A stretch of 64,000 nt of DNA from Ostreococcus lucimarinus. Lineage: Eukaryota. The notes under the pieces are model-generated. The model searched no databases and was not told the DNA's origin. It saw only the letters and a program-made list of their open reading frames with translations. The position numbers and the translations under genes are program-made. Within the stretch, counting starts at the first letter, position 1. The number at the start of each line of letters is the position of its first letter. Of this stretch, positions 29,263-40,045 are shown piece after piece. The stretch is taken from assembly GCA_000092065.1 (NCBI GenBank), contig CP000600.1; one strand, written 5' to 3'.

Positions 29263-30084
29263 ATGGCGCCGCGCGCGCGGCGCATCGACGCGCCGCGCGT
29301 CGCCCGCGCGGACGCGCGCGCGACGTCGACGCTCGGCGACGCGTGCGCGTCGTGCGACGCGTGCGCGTGCGACGACTGCGGCGGATTCATCGTCGACGGT
29401 GGACCGGCGTACGGGCCGAAGCGCGCGCTCGGGGCGCACTTCAGATCGGGCGCGCGCGAGTGGTTCGACACGAGCGGGATGTGCGGGTGCGAGCGACACG
29501 CGCGCGAGGCGTGCGAGACGTGCGAGACGACGCTGCGGCTCGACGGGTTCGCGGGGGGCGGGGATCACGCCGAGTATAACGAGTTCGTGCGACAGTATTT
29601 GCGCGCGGTGCGTCTGCACTGCGACGCGAAGCGTGAGAGTCGCGAGGGCGCGCGCGACGCGTACCATCCGAGCGCGCGACGCGGGACGGCGGTGGAGTGG
29701 GCGAGGGACGGCGCTCTTTTGGGCGCGCTCGTCGTGGCGGCGATTCACTTGAGCCTCAAGCGCGCGAAATCGAAGCGCGGTTCCGACGCGGAGTCGTCGA
29801 GGGTGCTGCAGATGTACGTCGCTTTACTCTGGCGTCGGCCGTTCCCTGAGACGGCGGATCTGATGGACGTCATCGCGAGCGCGGTCCGGAGCGCCGACGC
29901 CGACGCCCGAGCGAAGATTTTTGACGCCCTCGACAAGCCGCGATCGAACGACTTGATGGACTTTGAGGACGCCATTGAGACGCTGATGAGAAGTATGCAG
30001 GCCGGCAGAGTTCTGGGCGTCCGCGACGACTTCATAGCCGCCTTGACCGCGTTGAAGGCCGCGTTGAGCAGAAATCTGCGGTAG
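29263..30084 (+). CDS. Hypothetical protein with a Cys-rich N-terminal region (CASCDACACDDCGG...CGCERHAREACETCETT). Family not recognised. See the finding on a possible additional 3' exon.
   Basis: The 3' half is non-repetitive with lower GC. It lies divergent from the G3P transporter gene. Confidence 0.4.
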   Translation: MAPRARRIDAPRVARADARATSTLGDACASCDACACDDCGGFIVDGGPAYGPKRALGAHFRSGAREWFDTSGMCGCERHAREACETCETTLRLDGFAGGGDHAEYNEFVRQYLRAVRLHCDAKRESREGARDAYHPSARRGTAVEWARDGALLGALVVAAIHLSLKRAKSKRGSDAESSRVLQMYVALLWRRPFPETADLMDVIASAVRSADADARAKIFDALDKPRSNDLMDFEDAIETLMRSMQAGRVLGVRDDFIAALTALKAALSRNLR

Positions 30085-30157
30085 CGCCGACGCGCGCGCC
30101 GTCGTCGCGCGCGCGCTCTCGCGCGGCGTTCGTCATTCTCACCACTCGCGCTCAGTC

Positions 30158-30232
30158 TCCGTCGCTCTCACTAGTCTCGCGTAGTTTCCGTTAGTCTCAC
30201 TAGTCTCACTAGTCTCGTTTGTAGTCTCGCCG
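30158..30232. repeat. Short tandem/dispersed repeat of tcactagtctc units (~4-5 copies).
   Basis: ctcactagtctcgc...ttagtctcactagtctcactagtctcgtttgtagtctcgcc. Confidence 0.7.
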
Positions 30233-30773
30233 TTTGCGCTCGCGTCGACGCCGCACACGATGGCGCCGCGAACTACATCGACATTCTCTTTGATCGTGCC
30301 GACAGCGAGGTTATCGCATTCGATGAAGTGCACCGCTTGGCCTCGACGTACCTCGAGGTGTACGACGCGGTCTATACTCCGGATTTAGCCATTAAGTTCC
30401 CCTCCAAGATGACTAAGGCGCTTGGCGCGTTGGCTAAAGCGCTCTTGCACTAGAAAGGCTTGGTTTTCAATTAGAGCCCCTGATTCTTGTAGTTGTATCG
30501 CCAACGGTCGCCGCCATCGCGGCCGCGATCGTGCGTAGAGATTTATTTCTATCACCGCAATCCGGTGCCGAAACCGAATTCGTCGCGATTCGAATTTCAC
30601 TTTTCCTTGTCTCGCGCGGCGTCTCCGCGCGCCCTACTGGTTAACCTGAAGCCGAGGGTCCCAGCATCAGCAAACTCGCGCCGCAGTCTCGCGCGCCCGG
30701 CGCCCGTACGACCGTGTCGCGCATCACGCGCGCCCAGTAACGTATCCACACTCGCGGAGACACACCGAGAACG

Positions 30774-31370
30774 ATGCACGCCGCCGCACACGCGCGCACG
30801 AGCGCTTTCGCCGGCGCAATCCTTGTCCCGAAGCGCGCCGCTGTTCGATCGCGAAACGCGCGCGCCGCGCCCGTGCGCGCGGCGACGACGGAAGAGCGAC
30901 AAGAGCTGTGCAAAGCGGAAATCCCCCCGCACTTGCCGCGAGCGGATTTCGTGAAACAAATGTATCGATGGGCGACGAGCGAGTTCGCGGAGTCCGGGCT
31001 ATCGCGCTACGGCAAGCGCATGGCCGTGGAGTGCATAAACGAGTTAGAAAACGGCGATACGAATGGCGTCTTGGTGCGGTTGTACGATTTCGAAGACGGT
31101 AAGGAAGTTGAAATCGCGCGGTTGATCGCGCAAATGGACGACGAAAAGGTGCAGGTGTGGGACACCATCGTGCCCACGAAGGACGGGGGCATCGAAAAGA
31201 TGAACAGAGACGGCAAGGATAAATTCATCGATGGACGGTTTTTTGTCATTTCTCGACCGTTGCCCGCGAACGAAAACGCCAACGCAGCTTTGAAGGCGAT
31301 GATTAAAAATTTGATGTTGGCCATCAACGCTTACTACTCCTTCGGTTCTCCTTTTGCGGAGGATTTCTAG
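30774..31370 (+). CDS. Hypothetical protein, probably plastid-targeted. Family not recognised.
   Basis: N-terminal Ala/Arg-rich transit-like sequence, then non-repetitive sequence (KQMYRWATSEF...GIEKMNRDGKDKFIDGRFFVISRP...). AT-rich 3' flank. Confidence 0.5.
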   Translation: MHAAAHARTSAFAGAILVPKRAAVRSRNARAAPVRAATTEERQELCKAEIPPHLPRADFVKQMYRWATSEFAESGLSRYGKRMAVECINELENGDTNGVLVRLYDFEDGKEVEIARLIAQMDDEKVQVWDTIVPTKDGGIEKMNRDGKDKFIDGRFFVISRPLPANENANAALKAMIKNLMLAINAYYSFGSPFAEDF

Positions 31371-31523
31371 GTCATCGCAGAAGAGCTTTTTCTCCGCGTC
31401 TCGCGGCGGGCGCTTCCGCCCGACCATCGAGCTATATACGTTTAAAAGTTGATCACGCGCACGATGATGTAAGCCTACATTTTCTATTCACTAAAAATCT
31501 ACGACACCTCCTCTCACGCGCCC

Positions 31524-31964
31524 TCAATCCATCCCTCGCATGTACCGCACGCGGTCCACGAGCGCCTTGAAGCTCTTCGGCTCATTCACCGCTAATTCAG
31601 CCAAAATCTTCCGATCCACGCACACGTTCTCCGCCGTGAGCGAGTTAATAAACTCATTATACCGCACTCCGTGCTCCCGCGTCGCCGCGTTGATTCGCGT
31701 GATCCACAGCGCGCGCCAATCGCGTTTTTTATTCCGTCGATCGCGGTACTGGTACTGCCACGCCTTCTCCACGCGATTCCGCGCGATTTTGACGCACGAT
31801 TTCGCTCGACCGCGGAACCCTTTGGCGGCTTTGAAGATCTTATCCTTGATCGCCATCGTCCGCGACGCCCCGACGCCGTCGACGCGCGCGCGTCGCGATG
31901 CGGACTCGCGCCGTCGCGGCGCGCGCGCGTCCCCACACTGTCTTGAGTCATGATCCATCACCAC
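31524..31964 (-). CDS. RPL20: Organellar ribosomal protein bL20 with an N-terminal extension.
   Basis: MAIKDKIFKAAKGFRGRAKSCVKIARNRVEKAWQYQYRDRRNKKRDWRALWITRINAATREHGVRYNEFINSL aligns with bacterial/organellar L20 (...YRDRRxxKRxFRxLWIxRINAAxR...). The mature-type start MAIKD is at ~31856. Confidence 0.8.
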   Translation of the reverse strand: MVMDHDSRQCGDARAPRRRESASRRARVDGVGASRTMAIKDKIFKAAKGFRGRAKSCVKIARNRVEKAWQYQYRDRRNKKRDWRALWITRINAATREHGVRYNEFINSLTAENVCVDRKILAELAVNEPKSFKALVDRVRYMRGMD

Positions 31965-32091
31965 AAAATAAATAACACAATCATAGACTTAAAAACACCT
32001 TCAACGCATGAAACCGGACAAACGGAGAACAGCCGAACCGCGGACGCGATCGCCCCGATCGCGCGCCGCGCCGTCTCTTTGCGCCTCTTAA

Positions 32092-33125
<1,034 letters not shown>

Positions 33126-33778
33126 ACGGACGGCGCCTTCGGTGGCTCGTATTCCATTTGTCATATCATCGAGAGCTAGTCTCGTGAACGCTCGAACGCG
33201 TCCTCGATCGTCGTCTCGCCCTCGCCCGCACGCACATTCGCCGCGAGCGATCAATCGCGCTACCGCTGCGCGGCCCAGCCGCGCGACCCCTCGCGACTTT
33301 TCCGTCTGTCCGCCGCACTCGCCGACGCGTCGCGATGCGCCGTCGCGTCGGCGTCGATCCCCCCGTCCCCGTTCTCATGGCTCGCGCCCTCGCCGATCGC
33401 GCCCTCGGTGCCGTGCGCGTGACGTGTTCCGTGCGCGGTCTCGACGCCGTCGCGCGCGCTCACGGTAGCGCGCTCGCGTCGTGCGACGTCGTCGATCGAG
33501 ATTTGCCGCGCCCGGTGCGATGCGCCGACGACGACGAATCACGCGCGGCGACGTCGCGCGCGGACGCGGTGGCGCGTGAGCGCGCGGTGGTGAGCGCGAG
33601 CGACGCGCCGCTGTACGCGCGGAGAAAGTGGAAGGCACCGATGCGGCTCGACGTCGAGGTGGGCGCGAGTCTGGGCGACATCGAAAGCGCGAGCGCGTGA
33701 GTCAGAGTAGTCAAAAGGACATACAGTAGCTTCGTTCGTATTAATAGGACGAAATAGTTAGTGCATCACGATGCCAAA

Positions 33779-36013
33779 TTATGCGCCGCAGTCGACGGCG
33801 CGCAAGGATGCGGACATCTCGGCCGCCAAATCAAACTTGAATCCGCCCAATCCGTATCCTTCGGCGGCGAAATTGGAGGCGATGTACATGAAGCTTCGCA
33901 CGTTCCATTTCGCCGAGCCGTCGTACGCCATGGAATCGCTCGTCTGAAGATCAGTCGCGACTCGAATATGACTGACGTATCCAGCTGCGATGACTTCAGC
34001 GTTCACGGCGTTGTCGTCTCCGAGGGTGATGGCGACGCGAATCATCTTGAAATACACGTGCTCGACAACAATGAAGAGCCAATCTTTTCTCGTCTTGGAC
34101 GGGCCTGAGTACCCGGAAACGGTGTCCTTTAGGGCGAACGCCTTTCCAAACATGCAGTTGGAAGAGTGGATCGATCTACCGCACATGACACCGTTCTTCA
34201 AGATGAGGCGGCGCACATCCATATCTTCGCCCCATGCGCCCGGGGCAAGAATCATTTGCGGAGACGTCAAAAAGTTTGGCTCGAACAAGACGTTGTGACC
34301 TGTCGGTGGAGCATCGCCGAGAGACAGTTTCGTGTATTCCATGCGAGTGAGTGACGCGGTAAACGCGGTCGTCTCCACGCCTTGCTCGTAGAAAGACGGA
34401 ATGTCGTACCTGGCTGTGTTGCAGTATTGTCGTCCGCAGCCGGTGCCGCTGATTTGCCCAACGTTAGAAGTACCGTATTCGTAACCGGCGCCGGATCGCA
34501 GCGTGTAACGGCGCTTGCCAGAGATCCAAGCCGAAGCCCGTCCGCTCGCGGGATCACGACGAATGGTTATCTGGACCATTTTTATGTAAGCGCGGTAGTA
34601 ATCGCTCGCGGCGATGATCCATTTTTGTTCACTTTTTGAACCGGCATCTTGGCGGAATGTTTCCGCTCGTCCACTCGGATTCATGACCGTCTCACTCGTA
34701 GAATATAATAAGGCGGAAGCCATATTGATGAGACGTGCGTCGTCCACCAAACCAAGATCCATGGGATCGGCCTCAGACGTTCCAGGTTCACCCGTGAACG
34801 GCTGTCGACAGTAGGCTTCGTCCACGTAGTCCTCGGGACACACGCTATCGCAGTCGCCAAAGACGGCTCCGATCGTTGATTGACCCCGATTGAGCGTCAC
34901 GACGCGATTGAAGAACTCCCCATACCGCTGAACGCAACTCTCTCGGCGCAGGGTGGTGCTTGCGCCGATGTCTTTGTAAGAATTCCCCGCGGCGTTCTCA
35001 AGTTCAAAGCCGTATTCGAAATCCACATGCGATGTTGTCACTTCGTATCCGTAGAGTCCGTCCGAAAGTTCCTTGCGTTCCATCTTAATGCGGTTTTTTT
35101 TGGTGAAGAATTTATCTGACTCGAAATTGTGCCTGACGATGTACGCCGCCTTGGGCGCGGAAAACCAGAATTCTCCGCCGGCGACTTTCACTTCCCGTGT
35201 CTTGCACTGCGTATATAATTTGAAAGTGATCGGGTCACGATCAGGAGCTCTCTCGTGCGCGTTTGGGAGAGGCGCCAGAAACGTGTGTCTGCCGTTTACG
35301 ACGTGCCCACGCCAAACATCTTGCTCGCCCAAAGCCGCCGCCGACGCCATCATCGCTCGCTCGACATCCGAGTATCCACGCGGAAACAGTTTCGCACCGA
35401 GTCGAGACGTCGAATTCGTCGAATTCGTCGATGCCTGCGTCGTATCGAGTTCATTTCCTACGACTTCATGTCCTTGAATCTCCTCGTCCGTTCGTTCGCC
35501 GGTTGCCTGGTAGTCGCTTGAGCACTCCGCCTTCAACTTTGCGTTGATCTTCGTCGTCCAGAGTTCGTCGTCCATCGTCGCGTGCGTCGCGTCTTCGCCG
35601 ACATTCGTCGCGCACAGCACCTTTCGTCGCTCGTTAAAATCAACCTTTCCGAAGCAATCGCACTTTGCGAAGCAATCGCTCGCCGAGACCGAGTTCACCG
35701 TCTCGCACGTCCCCGTGCCGTTCGCGAGCCTCGCAACCGCCTCGCGCGTCGGTCCCGCTTCGCACGCCGCCAGGCACGGCACGTCCGCCAGTTGCGACAG
35801 CTGACCCCCTGACACTTCGCCCAGTCGCGCGCGCGCGTCGCCGACGCCTCGCGACGCCATCATCGCGCACGCGACGCCGAAAACGCCGAGCGCACCGCTC
35901 AGAATCGCGCCGAGTCGGCGTCCCGTCGCGCCGTGCGCCGCCGTCGCGCGCGCCGGAGGCGCGCGCAGCAGCGGTGTGCTTTCGCACTCGGGCGCCATGC
36001 CCTCGAGCGCCAT
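33779..36013 (-). CDS. Large Cys-containing secreted or type-II membrane protein (~745 aa). No family recognised. The N-terminal signal-anchor lies in GC-rich DNA and the body lies in a lower-GC stretch.
   Basis: MALEGMAPE...RRLGAILSGALGVFGVACAMMA (a hydrophobic anchor) is followed by ~680 aa of non-repetitive sequence with many Cys (DCFAKCDCFGK, CRQPF, GTGCGRQYC, SSNCMFGK). Roughly 33780-35600 is ~50-55% GC (contains ttttttttt and atataat), whereas flanking DNA is ~70%. The ORF continues upstream to 36139 with a GTG. Confidence 0.6.
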   Translation of the reverse strand: MALEGMAPECESTPLLRAPPARATAAHGATGRRLGAILSGALGVFGVACAMMASRGVGDARARLGEVSGGQLSQLADVPCLAACEAGPTREAVARLANGTGTCETVNSVSASDCFAKCDCFGKVDFNERRKVLCATNVGEDATHATMDDELWTTKINAKLKAECSSDYQATGERTDEEIQGHEVVGNELDTTQASTNSTNSTSRLGAKLFPRGYSDVERAMMASAAALGEQDVWRGHVVNGRHTFLAPLPNAHERAPDRDPITFKLYTQCKTREVKVAGGEFWFSAPKAAYIVRHNFESDKFFTKKNRIKMERKELSDGLYGYEVTTSHVDFEYGFELENAAGNSYKDIGASTTLRRESCVQRYGEFFNRVVTLNRGQSTIGAVFGDCDSVCPEDYVDEAYCRQPFTGEPGTSEADPMDLGLVDDARLINMASALLYSTSETVMNPSGRAETFRQDAGSKSEQKWIIAASDYYRAYIKMVQITIRRDPASGRASAWISGKRRYTLRSGAGYEYGTSNVGQISGTGCGRQYCNTARYDIPSFYEQGVETTAFTASLTRMEYTKLSLGDAPPTGHNVLFEPNFLTSPQMILAPGAWGEDMDVRRLILKNGVMCGRSIHSSNCMFGKAFALKDTVSGYSGPSKTRKDWLFIVVEHVYFKMIRVAITLGDDNAVNAEVIAAGYVSHIRVATDLQTSDSMAYDGSAKWNVRSFMYIASNFAAEGYGLGGFKFDLAAEMSASLRAVDCGA

Positions 36014-36165
36014 GCCCGCCGCGCGCGCCGCGCGCGCCGCGAGTCGGCGAGTCGGCGAGCGCGAGAGTGAAAGCAGGATGTTGGCGACGCGAGTGCGGGA
36101 CTGTTGGCGCACGCACTCGGTAGTTTGGTTCTGTTTCACGTACGCGTGCGTCGATTTCCCGAAGG

Positions 36166-37608
36166 CTAGTAGCTAAGATTTTTCAGGGTCGTGACAAACT
36201 TGGGAAACTTTTCGAACAGGGCGACGGAACAGTGCTCGCGGTCTGTGACAGAGGTGGAGACTCGATCGAAGGCGGAGGCGCCGGAGAGCGACTTGCATTT
36301 TCCCAAGGCTTCCGCCACCGCGCGGCGGTTGAGAATGCCGTTTTCGTACATCCCGAAGAGCGTGAGCACGAACATTTTGAAGAACTCGTCGCTAACTTTC
36401 AGTTTATCGCCATGCACGCGCACGAACGCTTCGCATAGCGAGGGGGCTTCGTAATCCGCGACGCAGCGAAATTTCATCGCGACGTCGTTCCAAGCCTCCA
36501 TGAATGACAGTTCCTCGGTGCTAAAATCCACGAACTCTTCCATGAAGCGTTTGCTTTCCATGATTTCTACGGGAATCAAGTTCTCATCGTCAGAATCTTG
36601 CTCTGGAATCTCTGACATCTCGACGAATGACCTCGAATTGTAAAACGGTCCAAGTGGTTTCTTTGGCGGTTTTGGTTTTGGTTTCGTCGCGGCGGCGCTC
36701 GCCGCCCCATTCGCGTTCTTCTTGCATACCATCGGCTTGAAAGGTAACGCCGCGATTCTTCTCCGTTCTTCTTCTTGCGCGCGTTTGCGCTTCTCTAATT
36801 TTACACGATCGTAGTGATCATCATTCGGCACCGCGCGCCAAACCACCCGCGGCGGCGGCGCCGCTCGCACGTCTCGCTCGTACAACGCGTCGAGCTCCGC
36901 CTTGGTCACTCTCTCTCTAAATACCTCCCTCTTCGACCGTTTCCCTCGATAAAACGAAAACTCCTTATCATTTGCCGTCTGAATATCCGTCTGCGACCGC
37001 AACACGAAGCTCCTATCCGCGGTAAAATTCTCCCCCTTTGGATAAATTCGCACGATGGCTCGCCGTCCCTCCCGTCTCGCGCTGTACCTAAACAAATCAT
37101 GCGACGCCCTCAGGTGCGTCATCAACCCCCGCAAGCCGACGCACACGCATTTACACATATTACACCCGTATCCTCGCACTCTGACTCTCGTCGTGCATCG
37201 ATCGTACTCGTACGTCGTCTCGTATTTTTCCGCGAGTTCGCGTTCGCGCGCCGCCGCGCCGCGCGCCCGCGCGCTTCCTCGCTCATCCCTCGACCCCGCG
37301 CTCGCGCGTTCGACGTGATAACTCAGATTCCGTCGCAAGAACACCTGCCTCGGCGACCGTCGATCGCGAAACTCGCCGTAGACGCTGATCGCGCCCGTGT
37401 ACGTCGCGAAACGCGCGTCCGGCTCGCTCTCCGAGTCCCCGAAACAATCGCTCTCCACGGGCGAGCTCACGGGGTATTCGTCCACGTCGTCCGCGCCCGC
37501 GCTCGCCGACTTGTAGTCCGGTCGCAGCGCGCGACCGTCGAACGTTTTCGACGTCGACGGCGTGTACGCGCTCGGCGCCATGATTGATTTGAAGTTGGCG
37601 TCAAACAA
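36166..37608 (-). CDS. SUZ12: Su(z)12/EMF2/VRN2-family PRC2 subunit (C2H2 zinc finger plus VEFS box).
   Basis: Zinc finger CNMCKCVCVGLRGLMTHLRASHDLFRY. The C-terminal VEFS box GPFYNSRSFVEMSE...DSDDE...FMEEFVDFSTEELSFMEAWNDVAMKFRCVADYEAPSLCEAFVRVHGDKL...FFKMFVLTLFGMYENGILN closely parallels the SUZ12 VEFS box (FYHS...DDFVDVTKDEKQMMHLWNSFV...CEAFSRLHG...LWNHGLL). Confidence 0.75.
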   Translation of the reverse strand: MFDANFKSIMAPSAYTPSTSKTFDGRALRPDYKSASAGADDVDEYPVSSPVESDCFGDSESEPDARFATYTGAISVYGEFRDRRSPRQVFLRRNLSYHVERASAGSRDERGSARARGAAARERELAEKYETTYEYDRCTTRVRVRGYGCNMCKCVCVGLRGLMTHLRASHDLFRYSARREGRRAIVRIYPKGENFTADRSFVLRSQTDIQTANDKEFSFYRGKRSKREVFRERVTKAELDALYERDVRAAPPPRVVWRAVPNDDHYDRVKLEKRKRAQEEERRRIAALPFKPMVCKKNANGAASAAATKPKPKPPKKPLGPFYNSRSFVEMSEIPEQDSDDENLIPVEIMESKRFMEEFVDFSTEELSFMEAWNDVAMKFRCVADYEAPSLCEAFVRVHGDKLKVSDEFFKMFVLTLFGMYENGILNRRAVAEALGKCKSLSGASAFDRVSTSVTDREHCSVALFEKFPKFVTTLKNLSY

Positions 37609-37860
37609 TGCGGCACTTCATCGCGCTCGCCCGCGTCGCGCGCGTCGTTTTTCGTCCGCGCGCGCGTCGCGCGACCGCATCGAGGCGTTCACGAGGCGCG
37701 CGACCGATCGCGCGCGCCGCGAAGCGCGTCTGCGAAGCGCGAGAGAACGAGAAGCGCGATTAGTTTGATGGATTGGCGTCGAGCCGACGGTTTCGAAACG
37801 ACGCGGCGTCGCGGCGACGGCGCGACGCGCGCGGCGCCGGCGACGACGTCGCCGGAGACG

Positions 37861-38763
37861 ATGCGATTGGTGTACGCGGACGTCGGCCCGCTGAGCGCGC
37901 GGACGTCGGCGGCGCACGTGAGAGAAATATTCAACGCGGCGAGCGCGACGGTGACGAGCGAGGCGCGCGCGACGAACGGAAGCGCGAGGGAAGGGCGAGC
38001 GCGCGCGTCGAACGCGACGCGAACGTACTTCGCGAGGGTTGGATTCGCGAGCGAGGGCGAACGGGAGCGGGCGATGGCGCGGATGGATGGTGGGGAGATC
38101 GACGGACGAACGGTGCGGCGCGGCGGCGGCGGCGGCGAGCGGTTCGGGAAGGACGCGATGAGCGACGGGGGGCGAAGACGCGAGGAACACGATCGCGCGC
38201 GACCGCGAAACGACGGGCTCGGTGGGCGACGGGACGATCGCGATCGCGACGGTGGCGTGGAGTCGCGTTTCGGCGGCGGCGAGCGTTCGCGAAGGTCTCG
38301 CTCGCGGTCTCCGCCGCGCGGCGATCGCTTCGCGCGCGCGTCGAGACGCGATGAAACCACCGGGCATCGCGACCGTGGCAGATTCAGCGGTGGTTCGCGC
38401 GCGAACGCCGGGCGTGGACGCCGGTCGCCCGCGCCGCCTCGTCGAAGGTCGCGATCGAGGTCGCCGTCTCGTCGCCGCGACGAACGACCGCGCAGTCCCG
38501 GCGCCGGTCGCGATCGAAAACGCCACCGCCGACGATCGAGATCCTCGTCGAGATCTTTAGACGACGATCGTCGCCACCGCGACGCGCGCGATGGGCGCGA
38601 CGGTGGTCGAAGGCGTCGCCGAGACGGTCGAAGACGCCGCGACCGTTCGCTTTCCAGCTCGCTCGAAAGCCGCAGCGACTCGTCCTCGCCGGACGCATCG
38701 CCTAGACGTCACCGCCGCGACGGCGGCGGTCGCTCGCGCCACCGCGCGTCACCTATGCGTTAA
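37861..38763 (+). CDS. SR-like protein: divergent N-terminal RRM followed by a long RS/RD domain.
   Basis: RLVYADVGPL (RNP2-like) ... RTYFARVGFASEGERERAMARMDGGEIDGRTVR (RNP1-like), then RSRRSRSRSPPRGD...RRRSRSRSPSRRRDERPRSP...RSRSSSRS. Much of the length is low complexity, so confidence is limited. Confidence 0.45.
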   Translation: MRLVYADVGPLSARTSAAHVREIFNAASATVTSEARATNGSAREGRARASNATRTYFARVGFASEGERERAMARMDGGEIDGRTVRRGGGGGERFGKDAMSDGGRRREEHDRARPRNDGLGGRRDDRDRDGGVESRFGGGERSRRSRSRSPPRGDRFARASRRDETTGHRDRGRFSGGSRANAGRGRRSPAPPRRRSRSRSPSRRRDERPRSPGAGRDRKRHRRRSRSSSRSLDDDRRHRDARDGRDGGRRRRRDGRRRRDRSLSSSLESRSDSSSPDASPRRHRRDGGGRSRHRASPMR

Positions 38764-38939
38764 TAGCACACGTTTCTTTCAGCGCGCGCGCGTCGACCGA
38801 ACCGTCGCGACGACGTCCCGTCTCGTCGACTCGCGCGCGCGCGCGAAAACCAACAGACGCAAACCGTCGTCACACCCAGTCGCGCGCGTCGACGGCGCGC
38901 TCGTCGCCGCCGCTCGATCGCGAACGCGCAGCGCGCGCG

Positions 38940-39959
38940 ATGCCACCCGTGGACGCCAGAGACGACGTCGTCGAAGCCGCCGCCGGCACGCTCGGCGCGT
39001 TATTAGCGCTCGTGACCACGTACCCACTCATCACCCTGAACACGCGACAACACGTCACGCGACGCCGCGAACGCGACGGCGACGACGGCGACGACGCGCC
39101 GAGCACGTCCTCGCTTTCGTCCATGTACGACGGCATCGAACCCGCGCTGGTCGGGACGGCGTGCAGCCAAGCGGTGTACAACTACTGGTACTCGCGCGCG
39201 AACGGGACGTATCGAGCGAGACGCGGAAGGGACGCCACGGGGGCGGCGAGCTTGGCGATCGCGTCGTTCGCGGGATGCGTGAACGTGCTGATGACGCTGC
39301 CGATATGGACGATCGTGACGAAGATGCAAGCGGACGTGCGAAGGCGAGAGAACGATCGGGATGACGGGGAGGAGGCGGCGTCGGTCGAGCGGGACGTCGA
39401 CGCGGAGACGGCGGCGGCGAAGCTACGATCGGCGACGAGTGAAGGAGGGAAGAAAAACGGAGATCAAAACGGGAGCGGGAAGAAGAAACGTTCGTTCTTC
39501 GACATCGCGCGCGAGGTGGTACGGGATGGTGGCGTGTGCGGATTATGGCAAGGGTTGACCCCGTCGCTCGTCATGGTGGCGAATCCCGCGTTGCAGTACG
39601 CGTTTTACGAAACCGTCGCCAAGTGGAGGCTCAAACGCGATCGTAAAACGACGTTAAGCGCGCCTGAAATTTTTGTATTCGGCGCGTGCGCCAAATTTGG
39701 CGCCACGATGTTAACCTACCCCTTGATGGTCGTCAAATCTCGTCTCCAAGTCGTCTCCAAAGACATGGCGGACGACCGCATGCGCTACCGCGGCACAGCG
39801 CACGCCGTCCGATGCATGGCAGCCGAGGAAGGTTTGGGCGTTTTTTACAAGGGCATCGAAACCAAGCTGACACAGACCATCCTAGCCGCCGCGTTGATGT
39901 TCACCGTGAAGGAGAAGCTCGCCGAGAGCGTCTACGCCGCGCGTCGCGTCCTCGTCTAG
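38940..39959 (+). CDS. Mitochondrial carrier family (SLC25) protein, possibly peroxisomal-type nucleotide carrier.
   Basis: Threefold carrier repeats: AGTLGALLALVTTYPLITLNTRQ, GLWQGLTPSLVMVANPALQYAFYE, TYPLMVVKSRLQ, GVFYKGIETKLTQTILAAALMF. Confidence 0.75.
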   Translation: MPPVDARDDVVEAAAGTLGALLALVTTYPLITLNTRQHVTRRRERDGDDGDDAPSTSSLSSMYDGIEPALVGTACSQAVYNYWYSRANGTYRARRGRDATGAASLAIASFAGCVNVLMTLPIWTIVTKMQADVRRRENDRDDGEEAASVERDVDAETAAAKLRSATSEGGKKNGDQNGSGKKKRSFFDIAREVVRDGGVCGLWQGLTPSLVMVANPALQYAFYETVAKWRLKRDRKTTLSAPEIFVFGACAKFGATMLTYPLMVVKSRLQVVSKDMADDRMRYRGTAHAVRCMAAEEGLGVFYKGIETKLTQTILAAALMFTVKEKLAESVYAARRVLV

Positions 39960-40045
39960 CTGATCTTCATCAGTGCGCTGTAATATTACAAGAAAGACAT
40001 GAATGAATGAAAGAAATGAATGCACGTTTGCCCTCGTCATCGTCG

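Noticed and set aside
30139-30600. Minus-strand ORFs 30139..30333 and 30385..30600.
   Set aside because: The plus-strand frame through the same region has coding-like GC3 and ends at a stop followed by an AT-rich tail (see the finding on the Met-less exon). The minus ORFs are more likely shadows.
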